Origin: an uncultured virus (IMG/VR IMGVR_UViG_3300027227_000002)
Taxonomy: Duplodnaviria; Heunggongvirae; Uroviricota; Caudoviricetes; Crassvirales
Virus record (IMG/VR): IMGVR_UViG_3300027227_000002
Length of the DNA stretch: 26,502 nt
Strand: one strand, 5' to 3'
This document shows positions 17,897 through 23,913 of the stretch, piece after piece. A model generated the notes under the pieces. It saw nothing but the letters and a program-made list of their open reading frames with translations. It was not told where the DNA came from and made no database searches. The translations under genes and the position numbers were made by a program. Each line of letters opens with the position of its first letter. The first letter of the stretch is position 1.

Positions 17897-19493
17897 AGGA
17901 TCGTGCCATCGTCACGACGGCGTTAGTACTAAGGATGGTCGTCGCTACACTGACGGCGTTCTTAAGGGCGTTCTTAGTGACCTTAAGGGGGTCGATGATA
18001 CCCATCTTATACATGTCGCCGTAGCACATCCCCTTGACGTCGTACCCCTTGTTGTCCTTATTGATGTCGAACATTATCTCCTTGGAGGAGAGCCCGGCGT
18101 TCTCAAGGATCTGCCCCAAGGGCGCTGCGAGGGCGTATGTCATGATGTCGTGGGCTATAATAGTAGCCGTATTGCTTGAGTGCATCTTATACTCGGCCTT
18201 CTGCACGAACAGGTAGTCGGACTGCTGCCATAGCGCGACACCCCCTCCGGGTAGTATGCCCTCCTCAAGGGCAGAGCGCACGGCACATACAGCGTCATCG
18301 ACGCGGTCGTATGTCTCCTTCTGCTCCACGTCGGAGTTCCCACCGACGTATATGACGCCTATCCCTCCCGTCAGGCTGGCTATACGCTGCTTGATGAAGT
18401 CACGGTCGCCCTTCTTCTGTGCGGCGTCGTGTGCACCCCATAGCTCAGCGACGCGCTTGTCGACCTCCACATTCTCACCATCATTACGCATGATGACCGT
18501 AGAGTCCTTGCCGACGATCACCTTGGCGGCACGGCCAAGGTCCGACATAGTAATAAGACTGAGGTCATCGCCCATAGCCTCACTAATGAACCGACCGCCG
18601 ACACTAACGGCAATGTCGCCCATGAGCTCCTGCTGCTTGTACCCAAACTGTGGGGGGACGATAGTACAGAGCTTCAGCCCATTCTTAATGACGTTGGCCG
18701 CCAGTGTGTTGTTGACCTGTGCGCTCACAGGCCCTACAATCAGCAAGTGCTTGCCGCCAGATATAATAGGCTTGAGGATACCCTCAATAGACAGCACGTT
18801 ACTAATCTCGTGGTCCGTCAGCAGGATGAACACGTCCTCGAGCACACACTCGTCCTTCTTATGGTTGTTGACGAACATCTTGTTGGCGTACCCACGGTCA
18901 ATCTTAATCCCGTCCGTTACCTCATAGTATGTCTGCTCGCCCATACTCTTCTCGACGGTCACAAGCCCGTTGTCACCAACCTCCTTGTATGCCTTGGCGA
19001 TGATGGACCCAATGACGGGGTCGTTATTAGCAGAGATAGACGCTACGTCATTAAGTCGTCGTGCACTGACCTTACGCGATGAGCGCTCAAGACGCCCAAT
19101 GACCTCGCCGCTGAGGCGGTTGATCTCACGTATCACCTCCGTAGCGTTGACGTCATCATTAATAAGCTCCAGCCCGCGCGTAGCGATGGCCTCCGTCAGC
19201 ACAATGGCCGTCGTCGTGCCGTCACCCGCCGTCGTAGAAGTGCGGTCAGCGGCCTCCTTCATCATGCGTACCGCAAGGTTCTCAATAGGGTGCAACAGGT
19301 CGATGCTCTTAGCTACTGTCACACCGTCCTTAGTTACAGTGATCCCGTGTGTGTGGTGCTGACTCTCAATGAGCACAGTCTTGCCGCGAGGACCGAGGGT
19401 ACTCTTGACGGCCTTACTAATTTTTCGGATGCCTTCACTCAAATGATGACGCGCGTCAGCGTCGAAGGTCAGTTGCTTGGGAGTGTAGTCCAT
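17883..19493 (-). CDS. groEL: Chaperonin GroEL (phage-encoded)
   Basis: VKSTLGPRG, TKDGVTVAK, AGDGTTTA, DRVDDAVCAVRSALEEGILPGGG and GIIDPLKV motifs; 536 aa with no GGM tail. Confidence 0.97.
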   Translation of the reverse strand: MDYTPKQLTFDADARHHLSEGIRKISKAVKSTLGPRGKTVLIESQHHTHGITVTKDGVTVAKSIDLLHPIENLAVRMMKEAADRTSTTAGDGTTTAIVLTEAIATRGLELINDDVNATEVIREINRLSGEVIGRLERSSRKVSARRLNDVASISANNDPVIGSIIAKAYKEVGDNGLVTVEKSMGEQTYYEVTDGIKIDRGYANKMFVNNHKKDECVLEDVFILLTDHEISNVLSIEGILKPIISGGKHLLIVGPVSAQVNNTLAANVIKNGLKLCTIVPPQFGYKQQELMGDIAVSVGGRFISEAMGDDLSLITMSDLGRAAKVIVGKDSTVIMRNDGENVEVDKRVAELWGAHDAAQKKGDRDFIKQRIASLTGGIGVIYVGGNSDVEQKETYDRVDDAVCAVRSALEEGILPGGGVALWQQSDYLFVQKAEYKMHSSNTATIIAHDIMTYALAAPLGQILENAGLSSKEIMFDINKDNKGYDVKGMCYGDMYKMGIIDPLKVTKNALKNAVSVATTILSTNAVVTMARSYDSE

Positions 19494-19517
19494 AACTTGA
19501 TTTGATTAGTAGTATGC

Positions 19518-19525
19518 CAAAGATA
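19518..19525 (-). promoter_or_regulatory. Bacteroidetes-type -7 promoter box (TATCTTTG) for groEL
   Basis: CAAAGATA on +, 24 nt upstream of the groEL ATG. Confidence 0.65.
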
Positions 19526-19552
19526 CAAAGGGCACTACCAATATCAAAGTCC

Positions 19553-19762
19553 ATGACAGAATGTCGATTTTACTTCCTCCCTATACTACTACTACTATTT
19601 ACTATACTGAAAGAAAAAAAATCTGTGGGAAACTGGGGTAAAAATGAGCATTTCTGTCATTTCCTATTTAACTTACTGATATATAATTAGTTATACTTTC
19701 TATTTCTGTCATAAAATGAGCACTAAAATGACAATAATTGTCACTTATTAACAGATTGTTAA
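19553..19762. repeat. AT-rich non-coding region with direct and inverted TGACA/TGTCA and AAAATGAGCA repeats
   Basis: ATTTCTGTCAT at 19650 and 19702; AAAATGAGCA at 19641 and 19713; ATGACAGAAT at 19553; palindrome TGACAAT-A-ATTGTCA at 19729-19743; TAC triplet run at ~19584-19596. Confidence 0.7.
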
Positions 19763-19790
19763 TTACTATTAGAGAAAAAAGAACCTATAG

Positions 19791-19818
19791 AAAAGAGAAA
19801 AGGGGACCGAAGCCCCCT
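19791..19818 (-). terminator. Possible Rho-independent terminator
   Basis: GGGG-ACCGAAG-CCCC hairpin with an adjacent A-rich run, just past the stop of 19846..20046. Confidence 0.5.
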
Positions 19819-19845
19819 AATCTAACCAACCAAATATGCGACTAA

Positions 19846-20046
19846 TCACTTTCGCATTCCTTCGCCTTCCATCAGATCCATCATTGCATCCATCCGGGTA
19901 GCGCGGGCAGTATTACGCTGTGCACTTAGCTGTGTTGCGTTAGCAGCAGCAGCCATACGAGACACCTTCGTAATCCCCATCTCATTCGTGGGCATGTTGT
20001 TGATCAATCGACCATCAACAACCTTCATGTCAATCATCTTTTTCAT
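19846..20046 (-). CDS. Hypothetical protein (66 aa)
   Basis: Met-rich ORF (VVDGRLIN) starting 1 nt after the upstream stop. Confidence 0.65.
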   Translation of the reverse strand: MKKMIDMKVVDGRLINNMPTNEMGITKVSRMAAAANATQLSAQRNTARATRMDAMMDLMEGEGMRK

Positions 20047-20047
20047 A

Positions 20048-20197
20048 TTACCAGTACTTAATGTGTAAACTAATTAAACCTAAATAGAGAATCCACTCCC
20101 CAACCTCTTCATCCTCGTCGCGTAGGTAAATAGAAAAACCAATTAGCGGTCCAGTTAAAATCCTGTTCTGTATCTCTATCTGCCAAAAGTCGACCAT
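20048..20197 (-). CDS. Small hypothetical protein (49 aa)
   Basis: Hand translation: MVDFWQIEIQNRILTGPLIGFSIYLRDEDEEVGEWILYLGLISLHIKYW*. A variant -7 box TACCTTTA lies at 20202-20209. Confidence 0.6.
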   Translation of the reverse strand: MVDFWQIEIQNRILTGPLIGFSIYLRDEDEEVGEWILYLGLISLHIKYW

Positions 20198-20622
20198 AGG
20201 GTAAAGGTACAAAATATATTAGACGTCTGTAGGTATTGGGTTATACCCCCACCACGCGCGCACGACCCGCCACGGAAAACCGATTTATTTTCGGGAGGGG
20301 GGGTGCGATTTCACGATTTTTTCCCGGATTTTTTGCCGTTTTCCCGGAAGACATTAGCCCACCATCAGCCGTCCACCCGTGCAATCATTGGGCATTTTAC
20401 ACGCACGCAAACAACAAGCAGTCAGCCCGCAATCGGCCGCGCCACGCCCGCCGCGCACACATAAAAGAAAGCGAACGGCAAGAGAGAGCCGTTAGCCCCC
20501 GCGCCCAATCCGTTCTCCTTAAATCTGCGAAGATTCCATTTTGAGCAAGGGAGCCTAATCTTGTATGTTGCTGATAGTCAGCGCATTTGAATCCCATACG
20601 AAAAAACTTTTTAATGTGCAAG

Positions 20623-20655
20623 TTTTTTTTTCCAAAACCTTCGCCATACACTTGC
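20623..20655 (+). promoter_or_regulatory. Putative early promoter (T-tract, CAAAACCTT, then TACACTTG)
   Basis: Lies upstream of the first + strand gene; a second copy with identical spacing is at 23879-23910; it ends in a variant of TAnnTTTG. Confidence 0.5.
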
Positions 20656-20676
20656 CCTATCAATATAAAAATCAAC

Positions 20677-20913
20677 ATGACCATGACTGCAATCAACCCC
20701 AAGAATCAGAAGCAAGTGAACAAGGCCATCAAGTACTTGACTGACCACAATGCCTATGACCTAAAGCGCAACGAAGCCGAAGGAAACGACGACATGAAGG
20801 CGTACAAGAAGTACGACCGGTTGTGTGAATCCACCTTTGACAAGTACTTGGATGCTATTGAGTTTCTGCCCAAGAATCAGGTAGACGCCATCATGAAGAG
20901 CGAACTTTATTAA
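20677..20913 (+). CDS. Hypothetical early protein
   Basis: Likely start is the ATG at 20677 or 20683 after an A-rich leader; first gene of the + strand array. Confidence 0.75.
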   Translation: MTMTAINPKNQKQVNKAIKYLTDHNAYDLKRNEAEGNDDMKAYKKYDRLCESTFDKYLDAIEFLPKNQVDAIMKSELY

Positions 20914-20933
20914 TCAATCAATCAATCAAGAAC

Positions 20934-21128
20934 ATGAAAACATTCTATGTTTACTCAATCAACACCAATGGTGAAGTCGTTTCTGCGGAATACGGAATCA
21001 AGGCCAAATCTCGCCTTGATGCTATAGAAAAATCAAGTGTAGAGAAGGTTTATTGGGAAGGAAGCCGGCCGTATGGTGTGAAGTACATCGGGAGCAAGTA
21101 CAAGGTCTATGCTAAACTACAAGGTTAA
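20934..21128 (+). CDS. Hypothetical early protein (64 aa)
   Basis: A-rich (AATC)n leader; the last codons GGT TAA form the 5' arm of hammerhead 1. Confidence 0.75.
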   Translation: MKTFYVYSINTNGEVVSAEYGIKAKSRLDAIEKSSVEKVYWEGSRPYGVKYIGSKYKVYAKLQG

Positions 21129-21172
21129 CTGACGAGGATTTAATATCCGAAACGCCGTGAGGCGTATTAACC
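21123..21172 (+). ncRNA. Type I hammerhead ribozyme HH1
   Basis: Stem I GGTTAA/TTAACC; core CTGACGA; stem II GGAT-TTAAT-ATCC; GAAA; stem III CGCC-GTGA-GGCG (GNRA loop); triplet GUA, predicted cleavage after 21166. Confidence 0.95.
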
Positions 21173-21189
21173 AAATAAAAAAAACTGAC

Positions 21190-21744
21190 ATGGCTATTAT
21201 CGCAACGGGAAAAGAATACAAACTTCAGTTAGGCACAATTCAAGAACTCGATGCCGTCATTAAGATGGTCATCAAAGGAATTCCTGACGGATTCTTTGAC
21301 TTCCAATCGAAAGGAAATCAATTCGCCACACTTGACTTGAGGGCCGACCTATCATGTGACGACCAACCACCCGTGTTCTTGGATATGTTCTACAACGGGC
21401 TAATCACGAACTACTTCCAAAACTACGACATAGAGTTGGTCACGACGCAGTCGGATTACGAGAAGGCAAGCAAGAAGTTGAATGCGGTCAACCCACGAGC
21501 ATGTTGGGAGGATGTCTTGCTACAGGTATTATCTGACGGAAATCTCGTCTTCGAAGATCGCTACCAAGGGATGACGATTGAACTCGACTTAAGTAAGGTG
21601 GGAAGCAACTTCCTGAATGCCTTCAACGATGCGCCTGATTACTTTATGGAACTTGTACTACTTCACGCCAACGGAGGGTCGGACGGAATCACCTACGACT
21701 CTTGGCTTCAAATGGGGACATACGGAGAAGTAATCTACGGATAG
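21190..21744 (+). CDS. Hypothetical early protein (184 aa; C-terminal WLQMGTYGEVIYG)
   Basis: Likely start is the ATG at 21190, since the track's GTG at 21157 lies inside the ribozyme. Acidic; the D..lQ....GE..YG end motif is one I recall from uncharacterised phage proteins. Confidence 0.8.
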   Translation: MAIIATGKEYKLQLGTIQELDAVIKMVIKGIPDGFFDFQSKGNQFATLDLRADLSCDDQPPVFLDMFYNGLITNYFQNYDIELVTTQSDYEKASKKLNAVNPRACWEDVLLQVLSDGNLVFEDRYQGMTIELDLSKVGSNFLNAFNDAPDYFMELVLLHANGGSDGITYDSWLQMGTYGEVIYG

Positions 21745-21795
21745 GTTAACTGACGAGTCCTAAATGGACGAAACCTGCTTCGGCAGGTCTTAACC
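21744..21795 (+). ncRNA. Type I hammerhead ribozyme HH2
   Basis: Stem I GGTTAA/TTAACC; CTGACGA; stem II GTCC-TAAAT-GGAC; GAAA; stem III CCTGC-TTCG-GCAGG (cUUCGg loop); triplet GUC, predicted cleavage after 21789. Confidence 0.97.
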
Positions 21796-21810
21796 AACAA
21801 AATAATCACG

Positions 21811-22110
21811 ATGAAAAACATCACAAACGAATCCGTTCAAGCGTTTATGAATGCTGTTCCCTTCAAGAAATCCAATATGCGGGTTGAAGTTTTAGAGAAC
21901 GTCACGATTCTGCGTCTACACGGAAATGTTATTGCGTACCGCTACAATGACCCTGAACGTACTTTGTCCATCACGAACTGCGGATGGTTCAGCAAAACGA
22001 CAAAGGAGCGTCTGAATGGAATCCCGAGCGTATCAATCAAGCAGAAAAACTTCAATTGGTACTTGAATGGTACTGAATGGAATGGTGATTTAATTGACAT
22101 TAAAGGTTAA
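21811..22110 (+). CDS. Hypothetical early protein (99 aa; LHGNVIA...GWFSKTTKERLN...Q....WY)
   Basis: ORF with an A-rich leader between HH2 and HH3; ends GGT TAA in the HH3 stem I arm. Confidence 0.85.
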   Translation: MKNITNESVQAFMNAVPFKKSNMRVEVLENVTILRLHGNVIAYRYNDPERTLSITNCGWFSKTTKERLNGIPSVSIKQKNFNWYLNGTEWNGDLIDIKG

Positions 22111-22161
22111 CTGACGAGGATTCAATATCCGAAATGCCGACTACACATCGGCATCTTAACC
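22105..22161 (+). ncRNA. Type I hammerhead ribozyme HH3
   Basis: Stem I GGTTAA/TTAACC; CTGACGA; stem II GGAT-TCAAT-ATCC; GAAA; stem III TGCCGA-CTACACA-TCGGCA; triplet AUC, predicted cleavage after 22155. Confidence 0.95.
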
Positions 22162-22179
22162 AACTAAATCAACAATACT

Positions 22180-22410
22180 ATGAAAACAATTGATGACTAC
22201 AAAAAGATGCCGAAAAGCGCACTTGCGGAGAAATGGTTTTGGCTACATAACATTCCGACCACATTCCTTGGAGAGGTTGTTTGGTTAGATTTTGGGAATT
22301 TTGAAATCGAAGTAGCGGAATCGGATGTTGAGTATAGAGCGAATGAATTCCTTCGCCTATTAGAAAATGACTTGATAAAACAGCCATTCAAGGGAATTTT
22401 ATTGGATTAA
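22180..22410 (+). CDS. Hypothetical early protein (76 aa)
   Basis: ORF between HH3 and HH4 with an A-rich leader. Confidence 0.8.
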   Translation: MKTIDDYKKMPKSALAEKWFWLHNIPTTFLGEVVWLDFGNFEIEVAESDVEYRANEFLRLLENDLIKQPFKGILLD

Positions 22411-22415
22411 ATTTA

Positions 22416-22472
22416 GGCATACTGATGAGGGCTGAATGCCCGAAACACGGACTACACATCCGTGTCTATGTC
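22416..22472 (+). ncRNA. Type I hammerhead ribozyme HH4
   Basis: Stem I GGCATA/TATGTC (one G-U; extendable with bulges to 22402/22485); CTGATGA; stem II GGGC-TGAAT-GCCC; GAAA; stem III CACGGA-CTACACA-TCCGTG; triplet GUC, predicted cleavage after 22466. Confidence 0.95.
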
Positions 22473-22499
22473 AAATTTTAACCAACGCAAACAATTACA

Positions 22500-22898
22500 A
22501 TGAAAACCACGACTGAAGTTGAATGCATGAATGATTGGTGCGACTTTACCCACGAGAAGGGGTACTGCACTTGTGATAATGAATCTTTAAATGAGAAGAC
22601 GATGAAGAAATCAAATGAATTTGTGGCTACTTGCCCCGCACTTGTTTGGTCAGCAGAAGATGTTGACCTCAACATTGACCGACTCTATGAGTCAGAGGTT
22701 ATTGACCATGTGAGTGCAAACAAACTAAAGGAGATATCTAATGAAGACAAACTTCTTTGGTTAGAGCAGATACTTGAGGATTGTCACGATGAGTTTTGTC
22801 AGATTATCAATGAGCGAATCGGAGATGCTATCTACGACTACTATCGCAGTACGCCTATGGGTAAGGAAGAAGTTGGTTACATTAAATACAATAAGTAA
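22500..22898 (+). CDS. Hypothetical acidic early protein (132 aa; N-terminal Cys cluster)
   Basis: ORF directly after HH4; CMNDWC...CTC near the N-terminus. Confidence 0.75.
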   Translation: MKTTTEVECMNDWCDFTHEKGYCTCDNESLNEKTMKKSNEFVATCPALVWSAEDVDLNIDRLYESEVIDHVSANKLKEISNEDKLLWLEQILEDCHDEFCQIINERIGDAIYDYYRSTPMGKEEVGYIKYNK

Positions 22899-23183
22899 AT
22901 GGAAGCGTATCTTAAATTCTTGAACGACCCCAACCCGCCAACACATTTGGCGGAGGATGAGTTGTGGGAGTACTATGGTGGAGATTGCTATGGCGACATC
23001 TCTTACTATGCCTTCTTACTATGTAGGTTTGGCGAAGCATCTAATTGGACTACGGCTATGATTATGGCTGACAAGTGGTCGGATTGGGATAGGCAAAACA
23101 AAACCCTTACTGAAGGAATGAGTGGTTACGACTCGTTACTGCATTGGTTGAATGTTGAATATGTTGGACTTTATTATAAGTAA
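22899..23183 (+). CDS. Hypothetical early protein (94 aa)
   Basis: Abuts the upstream stop (TAA-ATG). Confidence 0.75.
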   Translation: MEAYLKFLNDPNPPTHLAEDELWEYYGGDCYGDISYYAFLLCRFGEASNWTTAMIMADKWSDWDRQNKTLTEGMSGYDSLLHWLNVEYVGLYYK

Positions 23184-23229
23184 GATGACGACCTTATTTA
23201 AAAACGAGGAGTAAAACAAAAACTACAAT

Positions 23230-23427
23230 ATGATACTCTTTGAATATCACGAATCAGACGATGACGATGCATCTATCTACGGCTTGACCTTCGAGGAGGT
23301 CAACGATTGGATACAAGACCACAACGAGTACTACGAAACCAACTACCAAACTATTCAGGAGTTTAATGATGGTGAAATGTACCGGGAGTTTATTGTAAGT
23401 GAAATGGAAAACGCAAATCTAAATTAA
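23230..23427 (+). CDS. Small highly acidic protein (65 aa)
   Basis: D/E-rich and aromatic-rich, with no Lys and one Arg; A-rich leader. Confidence 0.75.
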   Translation: MILFEYHESDDDDASIYGLTFEEVNDWIQDHNEYYETNYQTIQEFNDGEMYREFIVSEMENANLN

Positions 23428-23429
23428 AT

Positions 23430-23696
23430 ATGAAGGCAAGAATGACAACAATCTCCGAGCATGAGTTCATGCCGTGCGATGCGGAGGTATTGTTCACTTG
23501 GGTGGACGAGAACGGGAATTCCGGGTGGAATTCTGCATACGGCAAGGCCGGTCAAAGCATCAAGGAAGTCCTTGATGGTCGCATGAAGAGAATGTATTCC
23601 AATTGGGATGGTTCTTATGAGATGATGCGGAACATGTCCGTGTCTATTGATGTAAGCGGAAAGTCCGTTAACACACTCTTATCCTTGACTCGTTGA
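23430..23696 (+). CDS. Hypothetical early protein (88 aa)
   Basis: Starts 2 nt after the upstream stop. Confidence 0.7.
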   Translation: MKARMTTISEHEFMPCDAEVLFTWVDENGNSGWNSAYGKAGQSIKEVLDGRMKRMYSNWDGSYEMMRNMSVSIDVSGKSVNTLLSLTR

Positions 23697-23699
23697 GTC

Positions 23700-23840
23700 A
23701 TGGATAAAAAAACAATGATTAATGAAATCATGGCTGACCACGCTTGGATTAATTCCAAGAATGTGAATCCCAAACGAAGAGGAATCCTCCGGGACATTGA
23801 GGCCATCGTGGAGGACTTGTGTGAAACACACGACTACTGA
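23700..23840 (+). CDS. Small hypothetical protein (46 aa)
   Basis: Hand translation: MDKKTMINEIMADHAWINSKNVNPKRRGILRDIEAIVEDLCETHDY*; fills the gap. Confidence 0.6.
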   Translation: MDKKTMINEIMADHAWINSKNVNPKRRGILRDIEAIVEDLCETHDY

Positions 23841-23878
23841 TTCGGGTAGCCGTACAACAAAAATAGTTACTGACCAAA

Positions 23879-23910
23879 TTTTTTATTCAAAACCTTATTC
23901 AAACATTTGC
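23879..23910 (+). promoter_or_regulatory. Putative early promoter, second copy (T-tract, CAAAACCTT, then AACATTTG)
   Basis: Aligns without gaps to the 20624-20655 element; ATG follows 4 nt after the TTTG. Confidence 0.5.
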
Positions 23911-23913
23911 AAT

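Noticed and set aside
18034..19505. Plus-strand ORFs antisense to groEL (e.g. 18256..18927, 18970..19362)
   Set aside because: Shadow frames of a GC-rich, strongly conserved gene, with no recognisable features.
20236..20702. ORFs 20236..20544 (+) and 20397..20702 (-)
   Set aside because: They span low-complexity GC-rich DNA and promoter-like sequence, with atypical composition and no A-rich leader.
20912..20929. (AATC)4 microsatellite
   Set aside because: Short and explained as an A-rich translation leader.
21157..21189. ORF-track start (GTG 21157) for the 195-aa ORF
   Set aside because: It lies in the stem III loop upstream of the cleavage site; ATG 21190 has the A-rich leader.
21123..22472. 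Interspaced repeats read as a CRISPR array, terminators or attC sites
   Set aside because: Spacers are whole genes of unequal length, there are no cas or integrase genes and no U tracts, and the conserved bases match the hammerhead core exactly.
23184..23229. Possible fifth hammerhead (ATGACGA followed by CCTT...GAGG)
   Set aside because: It lacks the C of CUGANGA, the GAAA after stem II, stem III and stem I; at most a decayed remnant.
23864..23878. GTTACTGACCA resembling the GGTTAACTGACGA ribozyme start
   Set aside because: The core is mismatched and no stems follow.
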